A DNA stretch of 64,000 bases from an uncultured Prevotella sp. (GCA_946998205.1 CAMPYJ010000001.1:56618-120617), one strand, 5' to 3'; shown: positions 33,901 through 45,124, counted from the stretch's first letter. Made by a program: numbers and translations. Notes: generated by a model not told the origin, from the letters alone.

Positions 33901-34526
33901 ACCACGTCGTCGCATCGGGAGAAGATGTCAATATCTTAGTTCTCGATACTGAAGTGTACTCGAATACGGGTGGACAGAGCTCAAAGGCAACACCGCTTGG
34001 TGCCATTGCTCAATTCGCCGCCCAAGGAAAGCGCATCCGCAAGAAGGACTTAGGCTTGATGGTTACAACCTATGGATATGTGTATGTGGCACAGATAGCA
34101 ATGGGTGCTGACCAAGCTCAAACGCTGAAAGCCATCCGTGAAGCAGAGGCTTATCACGGACCATCCGTTATCATCGCCTATTCGCCATGTATCAACCACG
34201 GATTGAAAGCCAAGGGTGGCATGGGCAAGAGCCAGGCTGAGGAAGCGCGCGCCGTCGCATGCGGATACTGGCACCTGTGGAGATACAATCCTCAGCTTGC
34301 AGATCAAGGCAAGAACCCATTCGTACTCGACTCTAAAGTACCGGACTGGAGCAAGTTCCGCGAGTTCTTATTGGGAGAAGTTCGTTACTTGTCTGTAAAG
34401 AAAGCATATCCTAATGAAGCCGAAGAACTATTCGAAGCCGCAGAAAACATGGCGAAACTGCGCTATAACAGTTATGTTCGCAAAGCGCAGGAGAACTGGA
34501 ACACTTCAGATAAAGAAACAGACTGA
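30948..34526 (+). CDS. nifJ: Pyruvate:ferredoxin (flavodoxin) oxidoreductase.
   Basis: It is 1192 aa. Two 4Fe-4S ferredoxin motifs are present (CIQCNKCAYVCP, CVGCGNCADVCP), as is the TPP-binding motif (GGDGASYDIGFGG). Confidence 0.95.
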   Translation: MAKEKKFITCDGNEAAAHISYMFSEVAAIYPITPSSPMAEHVDTWAAKGRKNLFGQTVTVQEMQSEGGAAGAVHGSLQSGALTTTYTASQGLLLMIPNMYKIAGEQLPCVINVTARTIATHSLCIFGDHSDVMACRQTGFAMFCSGSVQEVMDLSAVPHLATLKTSIPFINFFDGFRTSHEYHKIELIDEEEIKKLVDYDDIKRFRDRAMTPERPVTRGTAENPETFFTHREACNKHYEDVPEVVEGYLKQISELTGREYHIFSYYGAEDAENIIILMGSATEAAREVIDHQLKEGKKVGMISVHLYRPFSVKHLLAAVPKTVRRIAVLDRTKEPGAEGEPLYLDVKSAFYDVENKPLIVGGRYGLGSADITPSHIISVFNNLEMNEPKNHFTVGIVDDVTFTSLPLLEDIPLGAEGTFEAKFYGLGADGTVGANKNSVKIIGDNTNKYCQAYFSYDSKKSGGFTCSHLRFGDQPIHSTYKVITPNFVACHVQAYLRMYDVIRGLRKNGTFLLNTVFEGEELANFIPNRLKRYFAQNNITVYYINATKIAQEIGLGNRTNTILQSAFFRITEVIPVDLAVEQMKKFIVKSYGNKGQDIVDKNYAAVERGVEYQQLTVDPAWANLADDEEAPEEDVPAYIKEIVRPINAQNGDLLKVSDFVKYDMVDGTMLNGSAAYEKRGVEAFNPEWTSENCIQCNKCAYVCPHAAIRPFVLDEEEMKGFDDKTLTMKVPRPMAGMNFRIQVSVLDCVGCGNCADVCPGNKLGKALKMVPFTHDEKMIGNWNYLTKNVKSKQHLIDIQSNVKNSQFAQPLFEFSGACSGCGETPYVKLVSQLFGDREMIANATGCSSIYSASLPSTPYTTNDEGKGPTFANSLFEDFCEFGMGMSLGNKKMRNRISLLLNQLTEKDDTSNELKEAALKWLEVKDDAQGSKEAAAQLKPLIKACAEKGCGICKELMTLEHYLIKRSQWIIGGDGASYDIGFGGLDHVVASGEDVNILVLDTEVYSNTGGQSSKATPLGAIAQFAAQGKRIRKKDLGLMVTTYGYVYVAQIAMGADQAQTLKAIREAEAYHGPSVIIAYSPCINHGLKAKGGMGKSQAEEARAVACGYWHLWRYNPQLADQGKNPFVLDSKVPDWSKFREFLLGEVRYLSVKKAYPNEAEELFEAAENMAKLRYNSYVRKAQENWNTSDKETD

Positions 34527-35042
34527 ACAGCCAACGGGAAATCCTGATACGGCTGAAGCTACTGAAAACATAGTGGCAAGTAAGCCTAAAGAGGAACCTA
34601 AGGCCGAGCATGTCGTTGCGAAACCGTAAGCGACAGACATAGCTCACAATACATGGAAAGGAGGGTGTGTCAACACAATGGCGCCCCTCTTTTTCTTGTT
34701 TTGCGACCCATTGACGCTGAACGCATCTCGTCATGGTCATCTATGTTGACAACGTACCAGAAAGTGATGATAGCGTAAGGGGTGGGCATCACGCCTTGGG
34801 TTTGACAAATCTTTATCACAACCATTCGCCTGATGCGTCAAGCTCATTCAAACGTAAGCCAATAAATCAAAACATAGAACTACCCGCCCGGTATGTTAAC
34901 AATATTTAAAGGCATCAAAAAAAATATTGTATTGCAACGTTATTCTGCATTCTTTTTTTGTACCTTTGCCAGCGAATAAAAACATACGAAGCCGTTTCTC
35001 TTCTGAAACGCAGAAATTTCTATCAACACTTATTATACAACA

Positions 35043-37040
35043 ATGTATAGCAAAGACGAATTATCATCTAAAGATATCCAGGAATTGACGGATATCGCTC
35101 AACAAATGGGTGCCGAATTAGACGACAACAATACTCCCGAAGAAATCATATATTCAATACTCGATAAACAAGCGACGTCAGAAACAGAAGAAAATGCGAC
35201 AGGCACAAAGCGGCGACGCATACGCATACCGACGCGTGAAACTGACAGGGTTTACTCGGTAAACGGAAAAGATGGTGAGAACTTCGACATGAAAAAGAAA
35301 AAAACAGCAAGCGAGCCAGCTTCATTGTTCAAAGAGGATGACATGACCAAGGATGACAATTCGCCCCAAGAAAAAAAGAATCTGACACCAGAAGAAGAAC
35401 TTGCCGCCATACCTAAGCATAGGGGGAGAAAAACGAAACGCGAGCTTGAACTTCTTGCAATGATAGATGCCAAGAAGGAAGAAACTCGTGTTGATACAGA
35501 AAAACAAAAGAAGGACATAGAAAATAATGACAACACCGAGAAGTCACGCCCGACAGGAGTACATGATGAGGTGAATGAAAAAAAAGCAGAGAATGTGGAA
35601 GAAAATATTTCAAGCGCGAACTCAGAATACGCGACTAACAAGGACACTGGCATGACCAGCTTACTGGAACGCTTACAAGCGAAGGTGAACGCGCACAACG
35701 AAAACGAACAGGAACGCCGCGAGGCCATCGCAGATGGCATTTGGGAAGGTGATCCCGCCGACGGTACCGACTTCATCGTTGTACAGGACTTACCAATCTT
35801 GGATCAAGGAGCCGTACCCAACTATGACATGTTTGACAACCCCACCACCCCCATCATGCCATCGGTCTCATACCAAACTCCCGTAAACATGAGCGCATCA
35901 GATTCATCGGCATACGACTTCTCTGACATTATTGAAGCGAATGGGGTTTTGGAAATCATGCCCGATGGCTATGGATTCCTGCGCTCAAGCGATTACAATT
36001 ATCTGTCTTCACCAGACGATGTGTACGTGGCCAGCTCGCAAATCAAGAAATATGGCCTGAAGACAGGAGATGTGATACAATGTCATGTACGTCCTCCACA
36101 CGACGGAGAGAAGTACTTTCCATTGACCAACATTGACAAGATCAACGGAAGAAATCCGAATGAGATTCGTGACAGGATACAGTTTGAGCATCTTACTCCA
36201 CTCTTTCCTGAAGAGAAATTCACACTCTGCGGTAACAAAGCAACGACCAACCTGTCCACACGCGTGGTCGACCTCTTCTCTCCTATTGGAAAAGGTCAGC
36301 GTGCCTTAATAGTCGCTCAACCCAAAACGGGTAAGACCATCTTGATGAAAGACATTGCCAATGCCATCGCTGCCAACCACCCCGAGGCATATCTCATGAT
36401 GTTGCTCATTGACGAGCGACCCGAGGAGGTGACAGACATGGCACGCACGGTGAATGCAGAAGTCATCGCTTCCACCTTTGACGAACCTGCCGAGCGCCAT
36501 GTGAAGATAGCAGGCATCGTCTTAGAGAAAGCCAAACGCATGGTAGAATGTGGACACGATGTGGTGATATTCCTCGACTCCATTACCCGATTGGCGCGCG
36601 CCTACAACACAGTGAGTCCTGCCTCTGGCAAGGTCTTGACGGGTGGTGTGGATGCCAACGCACTGCAAAAGCCCAAACGCTTCTTCGGTGCAGCCCGAAA
36701 CATTGAGGGCGGAGGGTCGCTCACCATCATTGCCACGGCACTCATCGACACAGGTAGCAAGATGGACGAAGTGATTTTTGAAGAGTTCAAAGGCACCGGA
36801 AACATGGAGTTGCAACTGGATCGCTCGCTCTCCAACAAGCGCATCTTCCCTGCTGTCAACCTGGTGGCTTCGAGTACACGACGCGACGACTTGCTGCAAG
36901 ACAAGACCACACTCGACAGGATGTGGATTCTGCGCAAATACATTGCCGACATGAACCCAATAGAAGCAATGAACTCAATTCATGACAGAATGATAAGAAC
37001 CCGCAACAACGACGAGTTCTTGATGTCCATGAACTCATGA
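35043..37040 (+). CDS. rho: Transcription termination factor Rho with a long N-terminal low-complexity extension.
   Basis: The C-terminal core has the Rho P-loop (AQPKTGKT) and RecA-like ATPase motifs. The first roughly 290 aa are E/K/D/N-rich. Confidence 0.9.
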   Translation: MYSKDELSSKDIQELTDIAQQMGAELDDNNTPEEIIYSILDKQATSETEENATGTKRRRIRIPTRETDRVYSVNGKDGENFDMKKKKTASEPASLFKEDDMTKDDNSPQEKKNLTPEEELAAIPKHRGRKTKRELELLAMIDAKKEETRVDTEKQKKDIENNDNTEKSRPTGVHDEVNEKKAENVEENISSANSEYATNKDTGMTSLLERLQAKVNAHNENEQERREAIADGIWEGDPADGTDFIVVQDLPILDQGAVPNYDMFDNPTTPIMPSVSYQTPVNMSASDSSAYDFSDIIEANGVLEIMPDGYGFLRSSDYNYLSSPDDVYVASSQIKKYGLKTGDVIQCHVRPPHDGEKYFPLTNIDKINGRNPNEIRDRIQFEHLTPLFPEEKFTLCGNKATTNLSTRVVDLFSPIGKGQRALIVAQPKTGKTILMKDIANAIAANHPEAYLMMLLIDERPEEVTDMARTVNAEVIASTFDEPAERHVKIAGIVLEKAKRMVECGHDVVIFLDSITRLARAYNTVSPASGKVLTGGVDANALQKPKRFFGAARNIEGGGSLTIIATALIDTGSKMDEVIFEEFKGTGNMELQLDRSLSNKRIFPAVNLVASSTRRDDLLQDKTTLDRMWILRKYIADMNPIEAMNSIHDRMIRTRNNDEFLMSMNS

Positions 37041-39880
37041 TGATGAACGGATATATTGAAATAAAAGGTGCTCGTGTCAACAATCTGAAAAACATCAGCA
37101 TCAATATTCCTCGTAACCAATTTATTGTCATTGCCGGACTTTCCGGCTCTGGCAAATCCTCGTTGGCCTTCGACACACTCTATGCCGAAGGTCAACGCCG
37201 CTATGTAGAATCGCTATCTGCCTATGCACGTCAGTTCTTGGGGCGCATGAGTAAGCCCGAATGCGACTTCATCAAGGGGCTGCCCCCTGCCATTGCCATT
37301 GAGCAACGGGTCATTGCACGCAATCCGCGCAGCACGGTAGGCACCTCTACCGAGATATACGAATACCTGAAACTGCTGTTTGCACGCATCGGCAAAACCT
37401 TTTCGCCCATCAGCGGTGAAGAGGTGAAGAAGCATTCCACCGACGACTTGGTGGACTGCATGTTGCAATATTCCGCAGGCACCAAGTTTGCAGTGGTATC
37501 ACCTCTGCACCTCATCGAGGGGCGGACACTGGAGAAGCAACTCGAAATGGAGATACAAGAGGGTTATACCCGACTGTGGCTGAACAACGAGTTTGTGCGC
37601 ATTGACGACCTCTTGCAAGACAAGGCGGCACTCAAGGCAATCCCTCTCGACCAGATTTTCCTCCTCATCGACCGCCTATCGGTGAACAATGACAAAGATA
37701 CCATTTCACGATTAACCGATTCGGCAGAGACAGCCTTCTACGAAGGACATGGCGAATGTATGCTCGTGTTCTTCCCTTCCAATATCACCTATCACTTCTC
37801 CACACGCTTCGAAGCCGATGGCATGAAGTTTGAGGAACCCAACGACAACCTCTTTTCCTTTAACTCGCCCGTAGGCGCCTGCCCTACCTGCGAGGGATTT
37901 GGTAGCATCATTGGCATTGACGAGAAGTTAGTCATCCCCAACACCACCCTCAGCGTGTACGACGGTTGTGTGCAGTGCTGGCACGGAGAGAAGATGGGCG
38001 AATGGAAAAACGAATTTTGCCGGCGGGCTGCTCAAGACAACTTCCCCATTTTCAAACCTTATCTGGAACTGTCGCGCAAAGAGAAAGACATGCTGTGGCA
38101 CGGACTGCCCTCAGAAAAGCAAAAGGACATTCACGACCAAGTGAGCATTGATGCCTTCTTCCAAATGGTGAAGGAAAACCAATACAAAATACAGTACCGT
38201 GTCATGATGAGCCGATACAGGGGCAGGACCGTGTGCCCTACCTGTCACGGCACACGATTGAAGCAAGAAGCCAGTTGGGTGAAAATTCAGGGCATGTCTA
38301 TCACCGACTTGGTGGAGATGCCCATTGTCAACCTCAAGCAATGGTTCAATGAGCTGACACTCGATGAACACGACCAGCAAATAGGCAAGCGACTGCTCAC
38401 CGAAATCAACAATCGCTTGCAATTCCTCCTCGATGTGGGCTTGGGCTATCTCACGCTCAACCGACAGTCGAACACCCTCAGTGGCGGCGAGAGCCAGCGC
38501 ATCAACCTCACCACCTCATTGGGCAGCTCACTCGTTGGCTCGCTCTACATCTTGGACGAGCCAAGCATCGGTCTGCACAGTCGTGACACGCAGCGACTCA
38601 TCGAGGTGCTGAAAAAGCTGCAAGCCTTAGGCAATACCGTCATGGTGGTAGAACACGACAAAGAAATGATGTGCGCTGCCGACACCCTCATTGACGTGGG
38701 TCCCGATGCAGGACGATTGGGAGGCGAGATTGTGTTCAATGGACCGCTCCAAGAGGTGCTACAACATCCTGCGGAAATGGCACGCAAATATCCACGTTCG
38801 CACACCATACAATACCTCACAGGCAACGAGACCATTGATATGCCCACCTCCAGACGGTCGTGGAACCATGCTATCAAAGTGGTAGGGGCACGCCAAAACA
38901 ACCTGAAAGGCATTGATGTCAGCTTTCCGCTCAACGTGCTTACGGCTGTTACGGGCGTCAGTGGTTCGGGAAAATCTACACTCGTTAAAGGCATTCTCTA
39001 CCCTGCATTGAAACGTCATCTCAACGAGGTGGCAGACCAGCCCGGCGAATACATCTCTTTAGAAGGCGACTGGAAATACATCCAGCACGTGGAGTTTGTC
39101 GACCAAAACCCCATTGGCAAGAGTTCGCGAAGCAATCCTGCCACTTATGTCAAAGCGTATGATGCCATTCGACAACTGTTTGCCGAACAGCCATTGGCAA
39201 AACAATTAGGTTTTTCGGCACAATACTTCTCCTTCAACACCGAAGGCGGACGCTGCGAGGAGTGCAAGGGCGCAGGCACCATTACCGTGGAGATGCAATT
39301 CATGGCTGATTTGGAATTAGAATGCGAGGCTTGTCACGGTCAGCGTTTTAAGAAAGATGTGTTGGACGTTCGTGTGGCAGGAAAGAATATCAACGACGTG
39401 CTGAACATGACCATTGCCGAAGCCATCGAGTTTTTCGATGCGCTGCAACAGAAGTCAATTGTCGCCCGATTGCAACCACTCTATGATGTGGGATTAGGAT
39501 ACATCAAATTAGGACAAAGCTCCTCTACCCTTTCGGGCGGTGAAAACCAACGTGTGAAACTGGCTTACTTCATCGGACGTGAGAAGCAGGAGCCCACACT
39601 GTTCATCTTCGACGAGCCTACCACAGGACTCCATTATTTGGACATCAAGCGTTTGCTGTCGGCATTCGACGCACTGCTCAATCGAGGGCACTCCATCCTT
39701 GTCATCGAACACAACTTGGATGTGATTCAGTATGCCGACCATGTCATCGACCTTGGACCCGACGGAGGAGATAAAGGAGGCAACTTGGTGGCGACTGGTA
39801 CGCCCGAAGAGATAGCGAAATGCAAAAACAGCGTGACGGGGCAATATCTCCAACGCGAGCTGCACAAAGCACAGCCCTAA
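37037..39880 (+). CDS. uvrA: Excinuclease ABC subunit A.
   Basis: It has two ABC ATPase modules with zinc-finger insertions ([24 protein letters not shown]). Its start overlaps the rho stop (ATGA). Confidence 0.95.
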   Translation: MMMNGYIEIKGARVNNLKNISINIPRNQFIVIAGLSGSGKSSLAFDTLYAEGQRRYVESLSAYARQFLGRMSKPECDFIKGLPPAIAIEQRVIARNPRSTVGTSTEIYEYLKLLFARIGKTFSPISGEEVKKHSTDDLVDCMLQYSAGTKFAVVSPLHLIEGRTLEKQLEMEIQEGYTRLWLNNEFVRIDDLLQDKAALKAIPLDQIFLLIDRLSVNNDKDTISRLTDSAETAFYEGHGECMLVFFPSNITYHFSTRFEADGMKFEEPNDNLFSFNSPVGACPTCEGFGSIIGIDEKLVIPNTTLSVYDGCVQCWHGEKMGEWKNEFCRRAAQDNFPIFKPYLELSRKEKDMLWHGLPSEKQKDIHDQVSIDAFFQMVKENQYKIQYRVMMSRYRGRTVCPTCHGTRLKQEASWVKIQGMSITDLVEMPIVNLKQWFNELTLDEHDQQIGKRLLTEINNRLQFLLDVGLGYLTLNRQSNTLSGGESQRINLTTSLGSSLVGSLYILDEPSIGLHSRDTQRLIEVLKKLQALGNTVMVVEHDKEMMCAADTLIDVGPDAGRLGGEIVFNGPLQEVLQHPAEMARKYPRSHTIQYLTGNETIDMPTSRRSWNHAIKVVGARQNNLKGIDVSFPLNVLTAVTGVSGSGKSTLVKGILYPALKRHLNEVADQPGEYISLEGDWKYIQHVEFVDQNPIGKSSRSNPATYVKAYDAIRQLFAEQPLAKQLGFSAQYFSFNTEGGRCEECKGAGTITVEMQFMADLELECEACHGQRFKKDVLDVRVAGKNINDVLNMTIAEAIEFFDALQQKSIVARLQPLYDVGLGYIKLGQSSSTLSGGENQRVKLAYFIGREKQEPTLFIFDEPTTGLHYLDIKRLLSAFDALLNRGHSILVIEHNLDVIQYADHVIDLGPDGGDKGGNLVATGTPEEIAKCKNSVTGQYLQRELHKAQP

Positions 39881-39925
39881 CGACGGCCGATACCAACCAC
39901 CCACTGCACAGCGCAAACCTGAAAC

Positions 39926-40843
39926 ATGAATCGCACCGAACTCTCTATCCTCATTCCCACCTACAACGATTGTTGTGTAGAACTGGTGAACAGCTTGGCA
40001 CAACAAGCCATGCGTTTGTCGGGTTTAAGCTATGAGATAATCGTGTTAGATGATGCATCTAACCGCCCTAAAGTATTACTTCAAGCTGCTTACATTAATG
40101 AGTTAAGAAACACAAGGTTCGTACGTAGAGAGACGAATGTGGGACGTGCCAAAATACGCAACATCCTTACTTCCATGGCACGCTATCGGTGGCTGCTTTT
40201 CTTAGACAGCGACATGGAGATTGTCAGTCCTGATTTCTTGGAACGATACCTGCAAGCCCCCTCCGAAGCAACGGTGATTTATGGCGGCAATTGCGTGCAG
40301 CGTGACAGGCTGCCGCACGATGGAACCCTGAAATATCGTTATGAAAAAGCGGCTGAACAAACGCACGATGCCGCCCAGCGCAACAAACAACCTTATCAGC
40401 AGTTTAACACTTCCAACTTTTTAGTGGCAAAGTGGGTCATGGAAGCGCACCCCTTTGACGAGCGCATCCAGACCTATGGCTATGAGGACGTGCTGTTTGG
40501 AAAGACCTTGCACACGGCAGGCATTACTATTCTGCACATCGACAACCCCGTAGGCTTCGGCACGTTTGAGTCGAACCGCAGCTTTCTCGCCAAGACCGAA
40601 GAGGCAATGCACACCCTGTTTCAATACCGCAAAGAACTGGTGGGCTATTCCAACGTTTTGCATACCTATGCCCACCTGCGCCGTTTTCGGTTGGCGTGGC
40701 TCTTTCGCCTGCTCTTTCTATGCGTAAAAAAAAGGATGAGAACCCAACTCCTGAGTACTCATCCCTCTCTTTTTGTCTTCAAATGTTATAAATTAGGCTT
40801 TTATGCGTCCATTGCACATTGCACACGACAAGAAAGAAAATAA
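39926..40843 (+). CDS. Family 2 glycosyltransferase.
   Basis: It has the GT2 N-terminal signature (LSILIPTYND...LDDASN) and a DxD-like motif (LDSD). Confidence 0.7.
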   Translation: MNRTELSILIPTYNDCCVELVNSLAQQAMRLSGLSYEIIVLDDASNRPKVLLQAAYINELRNTRFVRRETNVGRAKIRNILTSMARYRWLLFLDSDMEIVSPDFLERYLQAPSEATVIYGGNCVQRDRLPHDGTLKYRYEKAAEQTHDAAQRNKQPYQQFNTSNFLVAKWVMEAHPFDERIQTYGYEDVLFGKTLHTAGITILHIDNPVGFGTFESNRSFLAKTEEAMHTLFQYRKELVGYSNVLHTYAHLRRFRLAWLFRLLFLCVKKRMRTQLLSTHPSLFVFKCYKLGFYASIAHCTRQERK

Positions 40844-41051
40844 AAGACTTTTCAACACTCTGACAAACAACGTATTAAACGACATTTCGCATCATCCCGT
40901 CATTACAGTAAAGTAACAAACCTGGTTCAATCGCAGTATTCTTCCCCATGATAACTATTCAGCTGAAGAAAAAAAACGTCTTGCCTCCGTCTTCTATTTC
41001 CCACAAGACATCCCCTCGAAAGCCTTTGAAAAAGCAGTATGTTTTCATGTG

Positions 41052-41232
41052 TTTTCAATTGCATTGACATTGAGTACCAAAGTCATGTGAATTGTACGCC
41101 AATGTCAGCGACTTTGGCATTCAAGGTCATTGACATTGATTTTCAAGTTGGATGCGCTTGCGTCCCTGCCGGACAGCTTACTCAAACTATGTGTCAGCAA
41201 ATTTTGCAAGATGGTCTACACCTAAAAAAGGT
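41052..41232. repeat. Repeat B, copy 1. An unclassified interspersed repeat of about 180 bp with conserved hairpins.
   Basis: It is about 75-80% identical over roughly 180 bp to 61637..61818. The shared 19-mer CAAACTATGTGTCAGCAAA is present in both. ORF 41039..41251 is probably not coding. Confidence 0.6.
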
Positions 41233-41307
41233 TCTTCCGTTAAATGCGTAGACAATTGTCATGTAGAGCGCACAGCTTTAACGTGAAGAACCATAAAATA
41301 GGTATTA

Positions 41308-41559
41308 GGGTGGTTCTATAAATTGCCACCGTAAAGTTTTTTTATGTCAGTCTTTCTTCTTATCTTGTTGACTCTTTTTATATAAAACAGGCTGCGCCTC
41401 AACAAATCAAACAAGTTTGATTGTATTCGGCTTGCTCCGTTTTTGGTTCAATTTGTTTGTTCGTTCAGTCGTATAGCCTGCTATACTCCTTCACTCACAA
41501 ACAAATTGACCAAAAAAAATAGTCGCACAATCTCTCTAAGCTAATCTATAAAGCCGCCC
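41308..41559 (-). mobile_element. MITE-like element, long form, with an ATTA target-site duplication.
   Basis: The repeats are GGGTGGTTCTATAAATTG...TAATCTATAAAGCCGCCC. ATTA occurs on both flanks. Confidence 0.8.
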
Positions 41560-41570
41560 ATTAAAGACTA

Positions 41571-44426
41571 CTATTCTTGATTTGCCAACTTGAACCTAAA
41601 ATGTTCTTTACCGATTTTGACAACTAAGATAACCGGTGCTTCACCTACATTCTCTATTTTCGTCAGGAAACTCCCAGTCCTCAGCTGCTGACCAGTTAAG
41701 GAATATACTGCATAACTGTCATATTTCCCATCTATCACAATATCGCCTTGTTTTAACATGGCCCTGACGGGAGCTTGCTTTACATCGCTGACGCCATCCG
41801 TGCTCATCGCTAAAACCTTTACCATAACAGGTTCGGCGCCTGGTGTCTGTACGAGGAACATGGCGGCACGTGGCTTCGTATCATCACTCTTGAAAATCAA
41901 CGAAACATATCCGCCATCCTTGGGCAGTTTGCTTGGGGTGTACGTGAAGTACCTGTTCATTGACGACGGCACGAGAGTAACGGTGATTGGGTTGACGGCG
42001 TTCTTGGCTTTCACCTCAAATACCTGAGGGGCAGTACGGAGACCAGGCCTAAACAGCAGTTGCATTTTATCTTTACTCACCTGAAGCTCCGGAAGATCCG
42101 TACGGCCGAATGTAACGTTGTCTATCATGAAATTGAGTGACGTTTCGTTACCACCCGTTTTACTGTAGAATGAAAAAGCGATATGGAACTTATCGTCTAT
42201 GTTACGGCTTATGCTGTCTATCTTGGAGAGATCCAAACGATAGTTGTACCAATTTTCTTTTTCTGCAACGACGCCCGCTGGTGAGTAGTCATTGAGATTG
42301 ACAAACTGATCTGTCACCTTACCATCTTTCTCACTGATAATATAAAACCCAAACAGCTCTCCCCCATCTTGAATGGGATTGGCATATCGTAAACTGAACG
42401 TGAGAATCTTACTCTTAGCCTGCTTATAGGAGAGTGTAGGTGACAACAGCCATGATTCGTGCTCGTGCTTGTCTTCTACACCGAATTTAAGAAAACATAT
42501 TTGAGCCACTTCGTTTTCTACGTCAGTTCTTCCCTTGTATTTCTGCTCCCACGCATAGAAAGGTCTCTCACCTCTGAGGGTTAAGTTTTGCCAGTTGGCA
42601 AGTCCTAACACTCGGGTGTGTCTAAGATTTGTGAAATCCTCGTTGAGGAGTGGTAAAGCCTCACTGTCGGCATTTTTCATCATTCCCTCTTGAATGCTGT
42701 TGAACTTCTGCCGGTCTTCTTTCGCATTTTCAAGTATGTCTACCTGGTTTACCAGAATTTCGCCTTGTGAGCTGTTGACAAATCTTATAAACGTAGGACG
42801 ATGTGTGTTTACCTTGAACTCTCCGTTGGCATCAGCTTGTTCCGCAGACATCCAATGGCCACCGCCATCTATCGAATATTCCGCTTTACAATTTTGCGCA
42901 CTGCTTGACGGATGTAGCTTAACGGCAGAAACTCCGTTGGCGAGAATTTCATCAAAATACAGAATACCATTCTTTGCAAGCAGAATGTTTCCTGCTGATT
43001 TCCAACTGCCGTCAAGACGCCAATACCCCTTGTCGAACTTAAAGAAATTTTGCCATGCTGGTTTATCTTTAAAACGATTGTCCATAGGTCGTTCAGCTTT
43101 AAAGGTTTCAGTGAGCATGCTGTTGTTGTTTTCTGCACAAACTCCTTTCAGCTCTATTTTCACCGTGTCTGACAACGGTGTAGAAACTAAAAGCGTGGCC
43201 GTATATACACCAGCAGCCTTAGGTTGAAAACTTACCTTCACCTTATTATTATAGAGCTTATCTGTTCTTGAACCATAGTAAAACTGTGTAGTATTAAGGC
43301 GGAAAGCCCCATTGGGCTTTTGATGCAGAGCAAGCGCCACATTTGTGAAGACGTTTTTTATATCAAACTCTACCTGCTGCTCATCAGTTTTGTTTACGTC
43401 AGCTTTCATTTCTCTCACCTTAACGCCTTCTTTTAGGGAGATACTTGGTTTCTTGCCTGCCGCCATAAAGTATCCCATCACGGTGAAAGAACCGGAATTC
43501 TCTTGATCTGCACCATATACCTTTAAAGCATAAGAACTACTTCCTACAAAGACTCCTTTCTTTGCTGGCGTAACAGCCAACTTGGTAAGTACCGACCCAT
43601 CCTTTTCCAACTTGGACACTCCCAGTTTAAGAACGCTTTCCGCATTGCTGCCATGATAGGATATTGTTGGCAGGTTAGAAAGATGCGACGTTTGTATTGC
43701 CACATCATATTCTTTGGTAACTCCTACCTCGCCCATAACAGTTTTGAATTGAGGAAGGATGGCAACAAGAGGAGTGCGATCCTTTGCAGACAAGCGTAAC
43801 AAGCTGAAGTCGTCAAAGCGCACGCTGCTGTTTGGGGCTATTTCAATGAAGAAGTCTAACTTATCCGCATTTTTAGGACATGTCAGTCGGAATTTTAATG
43901 TACCATAAGTTTTTAGTCTGCCAAAATACACTTGACTGTTGTTGATGAACTTTTCATCCTTGCAGGGCAATTCCCTGCCAGCACCATCCAACCAGCGAAA
44001 AGCAAGGCGCAGCGGCCCTCTTTGATCCTTGCTCTCTACGGTGCAATAGTTCAAGAGACACTCCAACTCGTCACCAAACGACACATCTTTAGACTTAAGG
44101 TTAATCGTTTGTCGCAAAAAACCCTTCTCTTCGTTGGTAGATATACCAAGGGCAAACCCCGTGTCACTACTAAAACGGCCATTCTCATCAATTTTTGTGA
44201 GTTTACCTTTTGTCTCCCAGTTAGCTGGCATGTCTCCGTTAAAAGTGTCAAAGAACTGATTGTCAAGTAGCTCCTTGGTTGGCTTGTCGTTTTCACTGAG
44301 TTTCGATATAGAGTGTTTGATACTAAAATCTGACAATTGAGCATTCATTGTCATAGATTTAAAAAAACATAACAAAACTAATGTTAACGCATGTCGCCGG
44401 TCGAAAGATCTGTGATTCATTTTCAT
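41571..44426 (-). CDS. Large secreted protein of unknown function (951 aa) with a probable T9SS C-terminal domain.
   Basis: It has a signal peptide (…FFKSMTMNAQ). The C-terminus is ...AVYSLTGQQLRTG...ILVVKIGKEHFRFKLANQE. Confidence 0.5.
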   Translation of the reverse strand: MKMNHRSFDRRHALTLVLLCFFKSMTMNAQLSDFSIKHSISKLSENDKPTKELLDNQFFDTFNGDMPANWETKGKLTKIDENGRFSSDTGFALGISTNEEKGFLRQTINLKSKDVSFGDELECLLNYCTVESKDQRGPLRLAFRWLDGAGRELPCKDEKFINNSQVYFGRLKTYGTLKFRLTCPKNADKLDFFIEIAPNSSVRFDDFSLLRLSAKDRTPLVAILPQFKTVMGEVGVTKEYDVAIQTSHLSNLPTISYHGSNAESVLKLGVSKLEKDGSVLTKLAVTPAKKGVFVGSSSYALKVYGADQENSGSFTVMGYFMAAGKKPSISLKEGVKVREMKADVNKTDEQQVEFDIKNVFTNVALALHQKPNGAFRLNTTQFYYGSRTDKLYNNKVKVSFQPKAAGVYTATLLVSTPLSDTVKIELKGVCAENNNSMLTETFKAERPMDNRFKDKPAWQNFFKFDKGYWRLDGSWKSAGNILLAKNGILYFDEILANGVSAVKLHPSSSAQNCKAEYSIDGGGHWMSAEQADANGEFKVNTHRPTFIRFVNSSQGEILVNQVDILENAKEDRQKFNSIQEGMMKNADSEALPLLNEDFTNLRHTRVLGLANWQNLTLRGERPFYAWEQKYKGRTDVENEVAQICFLKFGVEDKHEHESWLLSPTLSYKQAKSKILTFSLRYANPIQDGGELFGFYIISEKDGKVTDQFVNLNDYSPAGVVAEKENWYNYRLDLSKIDSISRNIDDKFHIAFSFYSKTGGNETSLNFMIDNVTFGRTDLPELQVSKDKMQLLFRPGLRTAPQVFEVKAKNAVNPITVTLVPSSMNRYFTYTPSKLPKDGGYVSLIFKSDDTKPRAAMFLVQTPGAEPVMVKVLAMSTDGVSDVKQAPVRAMLKQGDIVIDGKYDSYAVYSLTGQQLRTGSFLTKIENVGEAPVILVVKIGKEHFRFKLANQE

Positions 44427-44780
44427 CGTTTTTATTATTTACTATTTATAACTTAAATTCCTTGTTCACATAACGAAATACAAAATATAACACATTATTT
44501 TATATGATATATCTGTAAATAATATCAATTTCCTTAAAGAATAATATTTTTGCAAAGATATGATTTTTTACATTAGTAGCACTATTAAATGTTACTATTT
44601 AACAAAAACATATAAAATAAAAACATATATTAACATACAGTTATAACAATAGGGTGAAGATTCAAAATCGAAATGCAAAATTTGTTGGTGTTTGGATTGC
44701 ATTAAAACCATGAAAAACACCGCGGAGGTTTGCCATGCGGCCGGGGGTGCGAAGCCCCCGAAGAGCACAATCAGCAATAC

Positions 44781-44812
44781 AAAAAAAAACAAAAGGGAGA
44801 CCGCAGTCTCCC
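44781..44812 (-). terminator. Intrinsic terminator on the minus strand (GGGAGAC-cgca-GTCTCCC followed by a T-run).
   Basis: It is a perfect 7-bp GC-rich stem with a 4-nt loop. On the minus strand it is followed by CTTTTGTTTTTTTTT. It lies downstream of LRR gene 45150..47690, beyond the intervening MITE. Confidence 0.6.
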
Positions 44813-44825
44813 AAAGATTAATTAA

Positions 44826-45083
44826 GGGCGGTTCTATAAATTACCGCCGTAAAGTTTTTTGTATGTTGGACAGTTTACGTTTTGTCATCTTGCGGTCTCT
44901 TTTTATATAAAACAGGCTGCGCCTCAACAATTCAAACAAGTTTGATTGTATTCGGCTTGCTCCGTTTTTGGTTCAATTTGTTTGTTCGTTCAGTCGTATA
45001 GCCCGCTATACTCCTTCACTCACAAACAAATTGACCACAAAAACAGTCTCACAATCTGTCAAAGCTAATTTATAAAACCGCCC
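44826..45083 (-). mobile_element. MITE-like element, long form.
   Basis: Both repeats are intact. No clear target-site duplication is visible. Spurious ORF 44692..44910 overlaps it. Confidence 0.85.
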
Positions 45084-45124
45084 ATATGTCCAAAAGTTGC
45101 ATTTCTTAATTGAACTTACGACTT

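Noticed and set aside
34414-34629. A 71-aa ORF overlaps the 3' end of the PFOR gene.
   Set aside because: It starts inside nifJ in another frame, and the downstream part is low-complexity. There is no independent support.
41039-41251. A 70-aa ORF covers repeat B copy 1.
   Set aside because: The homologous copy at 61637..61818 has no corresponding ORF, and the conservation pattern (hairpins, indels) is nucleotide-level. The region is probably non-coding.
44742-44760. The GC hairpin CCGGGGGTGCGAAGCCCCCGG could be a terminator.
   Set aside because: No U-tract follows on either strand. It may be structural, but it is not a convincing intrinsic terminator. The adjacent GGGAGAC hairpin with a T-run is the better candidate.
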